Part shown: positions 1-9,560 of the stretch, piece by piece
Numbering within the stretch: the first letter of the stretch is position 1
Layout of the letters: every line of letters starts with the position of its first letter
DNA from: Syntrophorhabdaceae bacterium
GTDB lineage: Bacteria > Desulfobacterota > Syntrophorhabdia > Syntrophorhabdales > Syntrophorhabdaceae
Assembly: GCA_963665295.1 (NCBI GenBank)
Contig: OY762209.1
Coordinates: 3,168,001 to 3,232,000, forward strand
Direction: 5' to 3'
DNA: 64,000 bases
Translations under genes and position numbers: made by a program
The notes under the pieces: generated by a model
The model's database searches: none
What the model was told of the DNA's origin: nothing
What the model saw: the letters and a program-made list of their open reading frames with translations, nothing else

Positions 1-24
1 AGATCGTAGAACAGAACGCGGTTC

Positions 25-1125
25 ATGGCAGCACGAGAGACGACTGCAACTCTAATGAAAGGCATCCGTGTTATCGCATTCCTGGTTGTATTCGGCTTCC
101 TCTTGAATGGATGTGGGGGGAACCGCGCCGCAAACGTCCAGTCAATGGATGCGAGTGCGGTAAGGGCGGATTACACTTCCAGGAATGCGGACCGTCTGAA
201 TAAAGCCTTGCTGAAATCACAAATGATAAAAGGCATCCCATCCGCTGCCGATTATGTGATCGGCCCCGAGGATGCTCTCGATATTGAAGTATTTGATGCA
301 GAAGAGCTTAAAAGGTCCGTCAGGGTGAACTATCAGGGCTATATCGCGTTGCCCCTCATCGGACAGATGAAGGTTAAAGGGCTCACACCGAGGCAACTGG
401 AAAAGGAGTTGAGCAACAAGTTTGAGAAATATCTGCAGAATCCCATTATAACAGTTCACGTTAAAGAGTATAAGTCGCAGAAAGTAGGAGTTATGGGTGC
501 AGTGTCGAGGCCGGACATCTATAGCGTAGTCGGCCAGAAGTATCTCATCGACATGCTTTTTATGGCGGGAGGTCTTAAAGATGCGGGTAAAGGATGTTAT
601 ATCTTCAGACCTGTGAATAGACAGGACGAGGAGGTCTCGGAAACAGAGACGATCATTATCGACCTCCACGAACTGCTGGAAAAAGGGGACAGGAGTCTCA
701 ATATCCCTGTGTATGCCGGTGACATAGTCAACGTGCCGCCAGGTGGGGTGATCTTTGTGGACGGCGCGGTCAGAAACAGGGGGATGTACAGACTCGCATC
801 GAAGACCACGCTTCTCCAAGCTCTCGCAATGGCAGGAGGGATCGCCTTTGTCGGCGACGGTTCGGATATCCAGGTTCTGAGAGACACGGGCGAGGGGACG
901 AGACAGATGATCGATGCGGATTACGAAGCCGCGAAACTTGATACAAAGAAAGATATGCTTATTCAGGATAACGATATCGTCATAGTGGGAAAAAGCGCCA
1001 TAAAGACAGTCGTCTCTGCTATCGGCAACCTGTTGACGGGTTCGGTCGGTCTTGGCAGCGGTGGTGTGTCGTCGTCGTCTGTGGGCCTGGGAAGAAGCAC
1101 GGTCCCTGCGGCCCAGGGGTGGTAG
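25..1125 (+). CDS. wza: Polysaccharide export lipoprotein (Wza/OPX family, Poly_export + SLBB domains)
   Basis: Lipobox LLNG-C after hydrophobic stretch; DYVIGPEDALDIEV...GYIALPLIG...GLT motif; SLBB repeats (VMGAV, VDGAV..GMY); next to wzc. Confidence 0.9.
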   Translation: MAARETTATLMKGIRVIAFLVVFGFLLNGCGGNRAANVQSMDASAVRADYTSRNADRLNKALLKSQMIKGIPSAADYVIGPEDALDIEVFDAEELKRSVRVNYQGYIALPLIGQMKVKGLTPRQLEKELSNKFEKYLQNPIITVHVKEYKSQKVGVMGAVSRPDIYSVVGQKYLIDMLFMAGGLKDAGKGCYIFRPVNRQDEEVSETETIIIDLHELLEKGDRSLNIPVYAGDIVNVPPGGVIFVDGAVRNRGMYRLASKTTLLQALAMAGGIAFVGDGSDIQVLRDTGEGTRQMIDADYEAAKLDTKKDMLIQDNDIVIVGKSAIKTVVSAIGNLLTGSVGLGSGGVSSSSVGLGRSTVPAAQGW

Positions 1126-1272
1126 GGCCTTTGGCCCGACTTTCCGTCCTATAACAGGTATATTGCTATCGGCTATACCCCACACAGTTCATTCAGCTTT
1201 ATTGTGATGATCGCCGCCACTCCGTGATGGACTCCGGAACAGTGCATATGCCGCACCCGAAACATAACTAAA

Positions 1273-3600
1273 ATGAACGAGCTCGAGACAAAAGACACAC
1301 GGGCGGACCTGCAAAGGTTCGAATCTTTTCCTTTTATGAATCCGGAGGAATATGAACAGCAGGAGGAAGGCCGCCATCTCTGGGATTATCTGCATGTGGT
1401 CTTGCGCAGAAAGTGGACGATCATAACCTTCTTCCTTGTCACGGTGGTGACGGTGCTTATCGGAACCTACCTTATTACTCCCGTATATAGGGCTACGGTT
1501 ATCCTCAGAACCGAAACCGGCAACCCCACGGTCATGCTTTTTAAGGACCAGCCCATGGTGTGGCAGCAGGGTGCGAGCGAAGACATTGAAACTCAGTTGA
1601 GAATTTTGAAGAGCAGGATGCTCGCCCGCAGGGTTATACGCGCCATGGGACTTGATAAGGACAAGGACTTTGCGGCCCCCGGGACCGGGCGTTCGGAGGT
1701 TGTCCGTTCAAATCCTGACGATGCAATCGACCCTGCGGCGGTTGAGAGTCTCGTCTCTCAGATCAATGTGGCGGCGGTGCCGAAGACAAAGCTTATCGCG
1801 GTGAACGTTGACAGCCCGAATGCGGAATTTGCCGCGAGGACGGTGAATGAGCTCGCGCGATCTTATATAGGCCTCAATATGGAGGGCAAATTTGAATCGA
1901 CCCAGCAGGCGAGGGACTGGCTTGAAAAGCAGCTGGTCGATCTTAAGGCGAAGGTAGAACGGTCAGAGGAGCAGTTAAACAGGTTTGTGCTGCAGAACAA
2001 GATCATCAGACCTCCCGTGGTTTCCATGGATACCAGCTCACAGGCCCTGGATGGAAAAGGAAGAGGCGGCGTCGGGCCATATGATCGGATGGACGAGCTT
2101 TCTTCGGAACTCTCGAAGGCGACCTCCGACCGGATCAGTAAAGAAATGATCCTGAGAGAGGCAAGGAGCGGAGATGATTTGCCTCTGCAAACCACTACCG
2201 CGAACAATCCTGCAATAGAAGCACTCAGAAAGGAGATTGGCGCGAAAGAAACAGAATATGCGAAGCTCCTCATCACTTATAAGCCTGATTACCCGAGACT
2301 GGTAAAGCTCAACGAAGAAATCTCCGTTTTGAAGAGGCAGGCCGGTCAGGAGGGGAATAAAGCAATTCTTTCCCTGAAAAGGGAATACCAGATTGCCCTT
2401 GAGAAAGAGAACTACCTCAAGGGCCAGATAGAGAAGTACAAGCAGGACTCTTTAGGGTCAAGCGATAAGGCGGTTGAGTATCAGATACTCAAGCGTGATG
2501 CCGACACCAACAAGGAACTATACAATGGGGTCCTGCAGAGGCTGAAAGAAGCGGGCATCTCGGCAAGCATGACGGCGAGTAACATGGTGATACTGGACAA
2601 GGCCGATGTACCGAAACAACCATATAAACCGGACAAGAAGAAGAACATGCTCTTTGCCCTCCTTGTGGGGACACTGGGGGGGCTCGGCCTCGCCTTCTTC
2701 ATCGAGTACCTCGATAACACGGTCAAGAGCCCCGACGATGTTGAAAAGACAGTGCTCCTATCTTCCCTGGGACTCGTACCGCATATACCTATGCTCGCCA
2801 AGGGCGAGGTGAAGCCGATGATTGCCAATCCCTCGAGGAGGTCAAAAGAGAGCTCCCTTGTAGAGGCTTACAGGTCGATAGTCACCTACATCCAGTTCTC
2901 ATCTCCCGTGAGGCCGCCAAAGACAATCCTTCTTACCTCGGCGAGGGCCGGCGAGGGGAAGACGACCTCGAGCATCAACCTCGCTACAACCTTCGCCAAT
3001 AGCCAGGGGCGCGGAATAGTTGTCGACTGCGATCTCAGAAAGCCGCAACTTCACAAAGTATTTGGAATGGATAATGCCCACGGCCTTTCTTCATATCTCA
3101 CAGGGCACGCCGAGATCGACGCCGACGGCTTCGTCCAGGAGACAAAGGTCAACAATCTGAGTGTGATCACTGCAGGCATCATCCCCCCGAATCCCTCCGA
3201 GCTTCTGAGTTCTATAAGAATGAAGAACCTCCTGGAGGAACTGTTCAGGAGATATGAGTTTGTGATCCTTGACGCACCTCCTATTCTCGGTCTTTCGGAT
3301 AGCCTTATACTGAGCACTCTCACGGACGGAGTCATACTGGTGGTGAGGGCCGGGGGCACCCCCAAGGAATCGGTGAGTCAGGCAAAGAAGCTTCTGAGGG
3401 GAGTGAACGGCAGGATACTGGGCGTAATACTGAATGGGGTCAGGGAATCCGACCTGCGTTACAGCTCTTACTCTTATTATTACTCTTACTATTACTCTTA
3501 CCAGGACTCCGAGGATGGTCATGGCAAGAGGAAGCGAGGAAAACACAGGGAGAAGAAACTTGTTCGCGACGACGCCGAGAAAGAGGAAGATATCATATGA
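1273..3600 (+). CDS. wzc: Polysaccharide co-polymerase / BY tyrosine autokinase (Wzc/GumC family)
   Basis: Two TM helices around coiled-coil region; Walker A ARAGEGKTT, Walker A' VVDCDLRKP, Walker B VILDAPP; C-terminal Tyr cluster YSSYSYYYSYYYSY. Confidence 0.95.
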   Translation: MNELETKDTRADLQRFESFPFMNPEEYEQQEEGRHLWDYLHVVLRRKWTIITFFLVTVVTVLIGTYLITPVYRATVILRTETGNPTVMLFKDQPMVWQQGASEDIETQLRILKSRMLARRVIRAMGLDKDKDFAAPGTGRSEVVRSNPDDAIDPAAVESLVSQINVAAVPKTKLIAVNVDSPNAEFAARTVNELARSYIGLNMEGKFESTQQARDWLEKQLVDLKAKVERSEEQLNRFVLQNKIIRPPVVSMDTSSQALDGKGRGGVGPYDRMDELSSELSKATSDRISKEMILREARSGDDLPLQTTTANNPAIEALRKEIGAKETEYAKLLITYKPDYPRLVKLNEEISVLKRQAGQEGNKAILSLKREYQIALEKENYLKGQIEKYKQDSLGSSDKAVEYQILKRDADTNKELYNGVLQRLKEAGISASMTASNMVILDKADVPKQPYKPDKKKNMLFALLVGTLGGLGLAFFIEYLDNTVKSPDDVEKTVLLSSLGLVPHIPMLAKGEVKPMIANPSRRSKESSLVEAYRSIVTYIQFSSPVRPPKTILLTSARAGEGKTTSSINLATTFANSQGRGIVVDCDLRKPQLHKVFGMDNAHGLSSYLTGHAEIDADGFVQETKVNNLSVITAGIIPPNPSELLSSIRMKNLLEELFRRYEFVILDAPPILGLSDSLILSTLTDGVILVVRAGGTPKESVSQAKKLLRGVNGRILGVILNGVRESDLRYSSYSYYYSYYYSYQDSEDGHGKRKRGKHREKKLVRDDAEKEEDII
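3469..3501 (+). repeat. 12-bp tandem repeat (TACTCTTAYTAT x2.75) encoding the Wzc tyrosine cluster
   Basis: tactcttattat tactcttactat tactcttac read directly. Confidence 0.8.
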
Positions 3601-4862
3601 GAAACAGGTGTAAATTCGCGGCCATCGCCATTGCAGGTCTCCTCGTCATCTTTCTGGCGCGTCCCGTGGTATCTCAACTTCTCGCACCCAAAGATCCGAC
3701 AAAGGAGAAGAGGCTTCGCTGGGCGTCGGCAATTGCGGGAGAGGACGGAAAATACGACTATACCCTTGGTTTGGTGTCTTACGCGGTGCATGATAGAGAA
3801 TCGCTGGTAAAAGCGATCGGGAAATACCGGATGAGCCTCAGGAAGAACCCTACCGACGGGAGGGTATGGTTGGCCCTTGCAAAAGCCTATAACGACCTCG
3901 ATATGACGGGCTACGCGGAATATGCATTCAAGAAAGCTGCTTACACGGGACGGGGCGACCGGGGTATCCAATGGGAGGCGGGCGTCTTTCTGCTTCTCGA
4001 GGGCAAAGCGCCTGATGCGGTCCTTGCCTTCAAGCAGTATATGCGTCTCGTCCCGAGTGACCAGGGGGTAGTCTACTCGCTTTTTTACACGGTGGGGTTC
4101 GAGCCTACGTTTATACTCGATTCGCTGGTTCAAAAGGAGTACCGATCCTACCGGGAGTACCTTGGCTTTCTCATGGCGAACGGTTGCGTTCCCGAGTCCG
4201 TGGAGACATGGAAGAGAATGGATGCATGGAGTCGGTCGAGGGCGGATTATATCGCCTACACAAACTTCCTGATAGACAAGGGGAACACGGAAAGGGCCCA
4301 CGAACTCTGGGGGGAATATACGAAGAACTTCGGTCTTTTGGATAGCAGTCACTCGCCCACCAACATCCTATGGAACGGAGGATTCGAGTTGCCCGTCCAG
4401 GACGGCGGGTTCGACTGGAGGATAGGGAAAGCCGATGGAGTGAGGGTGTTTATAGACAGCGATATGAAGAAGATCGGACAAGCCGCACTCAGCGCGCAGT
4501 TTTCGGGGAAGGCAAATCCCGAAGTGTACCTGGCGAAGCAGATAGTGCTGGTCGAACCGGATACGAAATATTCGTTGAAGGGCCGAATCCTTACCGATAA
4601 TCTGACCACTACGAACGGGATCGTGTTTGAGGCAAGAAGCTACCTGTGCGACGATTTCACTCAGAAGACCGAGCCTGTGACCGGTTCGACACTCTGGAAG
4701 GACGTGGGAACGGAATTTACGACGCCTGCGCGGTGCAAACTGATAACAGTGGGCGTAAAGCGTGAAAAGTCCACCAAATTTGACAATAGAATCAGCGGTG
4801 ACGCATGGATCGATCTGGTTTCACTGATCCCGTCAAAGAAAGAATCCACAAAAACGCGCTGA
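3597..4862 (+). CDS. Exported TPR-like protein with C-terminal carbohydrate-binding (CenC/CBM_4_9-like) domain
   Basis: N-terminal signal/TM; TPR-like helices (NPTDGRVWLALAKAY); C-terminal NILWNGGFE...FDW...G.AWID galactose-binding-fold signature; ATGA overlap with wzc. Confidence 0.7.
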   Translation: MRNRCKFAAIAIAGLLVIFLARPVVSQLLAPKDPTKEKRLRWASAIAGEDGKYDYTLGLVSYAVHDRESLVKAIGKYRMSLRKNPTDGRVWLALAKAYNDLDMTGYAEYAFKKAAYTGRGDRGIQWEAGVFLLLEGKAPDAVLAFKQYMRLVPSDQGVVYSLFYTVGFEPTFILDSLVQKEYRSYREYLGFLMANGCVPESVETWKRMDAWSRSRADYIAYTNFLIDKGNTERAHELWGEYTKNFGLLDSSHSPTNILWNGGFELPVQDGGFDWRIGKADGVRVFIDSDMKKIGQAALSAQFSGKANPEVYLAKQIVLVEPDTKYSLKGRILTDNLTTTNGIVFEARSYLCDDFTQKTEPVTGSTLWKDVGTEFTTPARCKLITVGVKREKSTKFDNRISGDAWIDLVSLIPSKKESTKTR

Positions 4863-6166
4863 ACGTTCTGAAGCAATGGAATGATAAGAGCGTTCCGGAA
4901 GAGAAACGCATCATACAGCTCATCATGTACGCCGACCCATTGATAAGTATCCTGAATGAGACCGTTGAAGGCGGAGGTTCGGCAGACGGTGCAGGTCCTG
5001 CCGACCTTGGGCCGCGTATAAGGGCAGTTTTCAAAAATATGCACCTCAATAAAAGAAATGACTACTACGTGGCGCTTCTGCTTTTTCCGAACGCTTCGCA
5101 GTCTGCGATCAACAAACGGTTCAAAGCCCTGATACGTCTCTATCACCCCGATCTGCACTCCGCGGGAAACGCGGATGATCTCGCCTGTGCGAAGAAAATA
5201 ACCGAGGCGTATAATGGTCTCAAGGACCCTGTCCGGAAGGAAGAGTATGGGAGAAGACTGATTCACAGGGCATTCACTATGACCAGGGGAGGCCATGTAC
5301 GGTTTCAGCGGAGGAACATCATCCTCAGGGTGATAGTGCCTTCGGCAACGGTATTCTGCATTTTCTTTGCAGGGGCCTTCTTGCTTACGGGAGAAAGAAA
5401 GGAGGCATACGTGCTTGAGAACGTACTTGCCACGCGCCCCCACGGAGACAGAGCATCGGCGGGTGATTTGGAGCAAAGTGCGGAAGGGAGACCGGCATAC
5501 CCGTTGACTACACGAGAATCCGATACCCCGATTCCCCCAACAACGCCTGAGCGGGGAATGGCGTCGGACCCGAAAAGGCCTCCCGCCCGGCACGGGGTAA
5601 TATCCAGACCCGGGTCAGGTTTGCAGACGAAGTCCGGGGTCGCGGCACGGAAGGCTTCTTCATCTCCAGCGCCCGTCCGCGCGGTAACAACGCCCCGGGA
5701 GGTGAGCAAGGAAAGTCTCCCGGGGGTCGTAGCGCATGCCGGAGGTCCCGCCGGAGAACAAGCGTTGGGATCGGTCACTGAGACAAAGGGCAACAAGGCA
5801 TCTCAAGCTAACGACTTCACAAAGGACGCGGCTGCTTTTGTGCAACAATACATCCGCACTTACGAAGAGGGCGATATCAACAGATTCCTGGGTTTTTATT
5901 CAACGTCGGTAATCGAGAACAACAGACTGGACTATAATGCCGTCAGAAAGGCATACACACAGAATTTCGAGAACAACAGGTACAGATACGATCTGAGAAA
6001 CATGCGGTACGAGAACAAGGGGGAATACCTGCGCATCAGCGGCATTTACACCATCACGAAACTTAAAGGCTCCAGCCTTGGGCCCGTCCGCGGAAACATC
6101 GCGTGGACGCTCAGAAGGGAGGATGGCGGCCTCAAGATTGTGAAGGTCGACTACAGACGGTTTTAG
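4805..6166 (+). CDS. Membrane-anchored J-domain protein with low-complexity linker and C-terminal NTF2/SnoaL-like domain
   Basis: DYYVAL...ASQSAINKRFKALIRLYHPD...ITEAYNGLKDPVRKEEY J-domain; one TM; P/S/A/T-rich linker; FVQQYIRTYEEGDINRFLGFYS...WTLRREDGGLKIV; start uncertain (58-nt overlap with upstream gene). Confidence 0.75.
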   Translation: MDRSGFTDPVKERIHKNALNVLKQWNDKSVPEEKRIIQLIMYADPLISILNETVEGGGSADGAGPADLGPRIRAVFKNMHLNKRNDYYVALLLFPNASQSAINKRFKALIRLYHPDLHSAGNADDLACAKKITEAYNGLKDPVRKEEYGRRLIHRAFTMTRGGHVRFQRRNIILRVIVPSATVFCIFFAGAFLLTGERKEAYVLENVLATRPHGDRASAGDLEQSAEGRPAYPLTTRESDTPIPPTTPERGMASDPKRPPARHGVISRPGSGLQTKSGVAARKASSSPAPVRAVTTPREVSKESLPGVVAHAGGPAGEQALGSVTETKGNKASQANDFTKDAAAFVQQYIRTYEEGDINRFLGFYSTSVIENNRLDYNAVRKAYTQNFENNRYRYDLRNMRYENKGEYLRISGIYTITKLKGSSLGPVRGNIAWTLRREDGGLKIVKVDYRRF

Positions 6167-6172
6167 GACAAT

Positions 6173-6907
6173 ATGACGGACCATACGCCACCCACAGGAT
6201 TCATCGACCTTCACTGTCACATACTTCCCGGGATGGACGACGGTCCGGAGGACATGGACGAATCCGCTGAGATGGCGGCCCTGGCAAAGGATGACGGAAT
6301 ATCCCACATATTTGCAACACCCCATATCCTGCCTGGTGTCTTCGAAAATGACTCCCGGAAGATAATGGAGGCTTGGGGCGTTTTCAGGAAGAGTATTCCG
6401 AATAATGTCTCCATCCTGTATGGGGCCGATGTGAGGATTACCTCGGATATGGCGGATCGCCTGGCCAGGAATGAAATCCCGACACTCAACGGCTCGCCCT
6501 ACCTGCTGATTGAACTGCCGTCGTATGCGATGCCCCTTAATTGTGGGCATCTTATCTATACCTTGAAGTGCCGTGGCACCATTCCCATCCTCACCCATCC
6601 CGAACGTTATCCTTACATTGCCGGGAAGATAGCGTACTTGAGAGATCTGAGGAGTGAGGGCGCCCTTTGCCAGGTGACGGCCCAGAGCATCACCGGAGAC
6701 TTCGGGAAAGACGTGAAGAAAAGTGTGCTCACCATGATTGAAAAGGGGCTTGTCGATTTTGTCGCCACTGACGCCCATGGAACGCATAACAGGCCTCCTA
6801 TCCTCTCCAAAGCTTTCCGGGAGGTCATCCGCCAATTCGATGCGGGTACCGCCAAGCGGCTGTTTTACTCCAATCCGCAGGAAATACTGAACTCCATACC
6901 TTTGTAG
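6173..6907 (+). CDS. PHP-family tyrosine-protein phosphatase (CpsB/CapC/YwqE type)
   Basis: IDLHCHILPGMDDGP, FATPH, THPERY, VATDAH motifs. Confidence 0.93.
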   Translation: MTDHTPPTGFIDLHCHILPGMDDGPEDMDESAEMAALAKDDGISHIFATPHILPGVFENDSRKIMEAWGVFRKSIPNNVSILYGADVRITSDMADRLARNEIPTLNGSPYLLIELPSYAMPLNCGHLIYTLKCRGTIPILTHPERYPYIAGKIAYLRDLRSEGALCQVTAQSITGDFGKDVKKSVLTMIEKGLVDFVATDAHGTHNRPPILSKAFREVIRQFDAGTAKRLFYSNPQEILNSIPL

Positions 6908-6921
6908 TCTCTCGACCGATT

Positions 6922-8256
6922 ATGTTCAAGCTCTCTTACCTTCTCCTCGCCATAGCCATTCTCTCTGCCCTCCTGTTCGGGTCCGTCGAGGTATGGTCTA
7001 TCGCGTTCATCGGCTTGCTGACAGCGGTTGTCTTCATAAGTTTCGTGAAACGGTTCCCCGGCCTGGCGGAAGAGGATACGGCATCGAAGCACATAACCTT
7101 TTCCATAATACTTATTTTTGCTTACGGGATTCTGCAGCTTATTCCTTTGCCTGTCTCCATTTTGAATATGGTCCATCCGAAAGTCGCGTACCTTTTCTCG
7201 CTTCCACCTTCATTGCAGAATCCTGTTCCTGCAGTGCACGCGGCCACGCTCGTAATCCCGCCCACCTTCCATGCCGTCTCCGTCTATCCTTTTGCTACGG
7301 AGCAGGAGGTTGCAAGGATTGTAATCTACCTCATGGTCTTTTGCTGCGCCGCATTCGGACTTGAGAGCAAGAAGGACGTTTACTCGGTCCTTAAGACACT
7401 TGCGGTGTTCGGTTTCATACTGTGTCTCTTCGGCCTGATCCAGAAGACGGCGTGGAATGGTAAGATATACTGGTTCAGGACCCTGAGCAACCCCAGGTCA
7501 ATGCCTTTCGCATCTTTCGTAAATAAGAACGATTTTGCGGGCTGGATCAATATGATAATTCCCATATCTCTCGGCATCGGCCTTATGGCGAAGACAATCC
7601 ATAAGAAGGTGCGTTACCTGTTCTTTGCCGTCGCCATGTCGGTGATCCTCTTTTACAGTCTTTCCCGGGGCGGCGTAATATCCTTTTTCGCCGGAATATT
7701 CGCATTCGCATGTATGGCCCTTCACAGCAAGGTTTCCAAAAAGAAGCTCATTCCTTTCTTTCTCTTTATCGTCGCACTGTCGATCTTCCTCATCTATGTA
7801 GGTGTATCGCCGATCCTCCACAGGTTCGCCAACGTCGACATATCCACGGAAGAGCGGATCATAGTCTGGAAGGCCACCTTCGGCGCCTTCACCGATTTCT
7901 CGGTGTTCGGGAGCGGACTCGGCACATTTTCCCACATATTCAGCATGTATCACCCGCCCACATGGTGGTACTATGACTATGCCCACAACGACTATCTTCA
8001 GTTCCTTCTTGAAGCGGGGATTGCAGGGGCAATAGTGTTCGGCATGTTCTTATTTCTTGTGGCCCGTACGACCTTCACGAGCGAGTGGACAGAACGTGAG
8101 TCATACCTGAAGGCAGGGCTCGTAGCATCGGTGACGACACTCGCCGTACACAGCATTTTTGATTTCAATCTCCATATACCGTCAAACGCCATACTTTTCT
8201 CCCTCATCCTCGGTCTGGCGGTAGCCCTGAGCAGGCTGAACACTGATTTCGAGTGA
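6922..8256 (+). CDS. O-antigen ligase / oligosaccharyltransferase-like membrane protein (Wzy_C family)
   Basis: Multiple TM helices; FVNKNDFAG, SLSRGG, ER..VW, FGSGLGTF, AHNDYLQ..E.G, HSIFDFNLHIPSN motifs. Confidence 0.85.
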   Translation: MFKLSYLLLAIAILSALLFGSVEVWSIAFIGLLTAVVFISFVKRFPGLAEEDTASKHITFSIILIFAYGILQLIPLPVSILNMVHPKVAYLFSLPPSLQNPVPAVHAATLVIPPTFHAVSVYPFATEQEVARIVIYLMVFCCAAFGLESKKDVYSVLKTLAVFGFILCLFGLIQKTAWNGKIYWFRTLSNPRSMPFASFVNKNDFAGWINMIIPISLGIGLMAKTIHKKVRYLFFAVAMSVILFYSLSRGGVISFFAGIFAFACMALHSKVSKKKLIPFFLFIVALSIFLIYVGVSPILHRFANVDISTEERIIVWKATFGAFTDFSVFGSGLGTFSHIFSMYHPPTWWYYDYAHNDYLQFLLEAGIAGAIVFGMFLFLVARTTFTSEWTERESYLKAGLVASVTTLAVHSIFDFNLHIPSNAILFSLILGLAVALSRLNTDFE

Positions 8257-8261
8257 CTTTC

Positions 8262-9449
8262 ATGCTTAAGATTCTCTCCATATTCGGTACCCGGCCCGAG
8301 GCGATCAAAATGGCGCCCGTGATAAAAGAACTGGCCCATTATCCGGACGAATTTCAAAGCCTGGTGTGCGTCACCGCACAGCACAGGCAGATGCTCGACC
8401 AGGTGCTCGATATCTTCGATATCAGACCGGACTTTGATCTCAACCTCATGGAGAAAAACCAGACCCTTCCGGGCCTCACCGCGAAAGTAATGACGTCCCT
8501 TCAACCACTGTTTGACGATGTCGCTCCCGACTGGGTTCTCGTGCAGGGCGACACGACGACGGTCATGACCGCGAGCCTTGCGGCCTTCTACAGGAATATA
8601 AAAGTAGGCCACGTAGAAGCCGGTCTTCGCACCCATGATAAACATGCCCCCTTCCCGGAGGAGATGAACCGGCGCATCGCATCCGTCCTGGCGGACCTTC
8701 ATTTTGCGCCCACCAATACATCCCGGAGCGCCTTGCTCTCTGAGGGTATCTCCGACGAGCGCATCGCGGTCACCGGAAATACCGTGATCGATGCCCTTCT
8801 CATGACCGTGGGGAACATCCAGTTGGATGGCTCATGGACGCGGCTTTCCCGCTATTTTTCCGAATTGATGCCCGGTCTGCGTGCTCTTTTTGATGCCCCC
8901 CTCTCGCGTTCCTCATCCCTCGCCCCCCGCCTTTTGCTGGTTACCGGGCACCGCCGCGAGAGTTTCGGGAAGCCCTTTGAAGAGATATGCCTTGCTCTTA
9001 GAGAGATTGCTTCGGTCTTTCCCGACGTCCATATTATATACCCGGTTCATCTGAACCCAAACGTGCGTGAGCCGGTATTCCGTATACTCGGTGATATGGG
9101 GCGCGTTCACCTTATAGGGCCGCTCCCGTATGTCCCCTTTGTCTACCTTATGATCAAGTCCCACGCAATCCTTACGGACTCGGGCGGAATCCAGGAAGAA
9201 GCCCCGTTACTCGGCAAGCCGGTTCTTGTCATGCGGGAGGTTACGGAACGGCCTGAAGGCGTCGAAGCCGGCTGCTCGGCCCTGGTGGGCACATCGAGGG
9301 AATCCATCGTGGGCCATACAAAGATGCTCCTCACGGACGAGGCTCTTTACGGGAGAATGGCTCACGCCCGGAACCCTTACGGCGACGGCCATGCTGCGGA
9401 GAAGATAGTAGGCAAATTGACGGAATTCGGGAAAAAAGCGCATGAGTGA
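8262..9449 (+). CDS. wecB: UDP-N-acetylglucosamine 2-epimerase, non-hydrolysing (WecB/WbpI type)
   Basis: GTRPEAIKMAP, QHRQMLDQ, VQGDTTT, HVEAGLRT, PFPEEMNR, TDSGGIQEEA, NPYGDGHA. Confidence 0.95.
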   Translation: MLKILSIFGTRPEAIKMAPVIKELAHYPDEFQSLVCVTAQHRQMLDQVLDIFDIRPDFDLNLMEKNQTLPGLTAKVMTSLQPLFDDVAPDWVLVQGDTTTVMTASLAAFYRNIKVGHVEAGLRTHDKHAPFPEEMNRRIASVLADLHFAPTNTSRSALLSEGISDERIAVTGNTVIDALLMTVGNIQLDGSWTRLSRYFSELMPGLRALFDAPLSRSSSLAPRLLLVTGHRRESFGKPFEEICLALREIASVFPDVHIIYPVHLNPNVREPVFRILGDMGRVHLIGPLPYVPFVYLMIKSHAILTDSGGIQEEAPLLGKPVLVMREVTERPEGVEAGCSALVGTSRESIVGHTKMLLTDEALYGRMAHARNPYGDGHAAEKIVGKLTEFGKKAHE

Positions 9450-9560
9450 AAGGCAGGGAGAAGAGGGAAAAGAGGAGTCGGGCTGGAGGCCACGGGGAAG
9501 GGACGGGAGACAGTTCCTCGATCTTCGCCTCTCTCACAAACCAGAAGGAGTGTCCCGGAG

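Noticed and set aside
1040..1095. Duplicated SVGLG peptide at the Wza C-terminus
   Set aside because: DNA copies are divergent and lie in a low-complexity Gly/Ser tail; no supportable function
217..1185. 322-aa minus-strand ORF, and similar long antisense ORFs (3519-4352, 4661-5593, 5900-6835, 42307-43131)
   Set aside because: Fully overlap well-supported plus-strand genes and lack protein-like motifs
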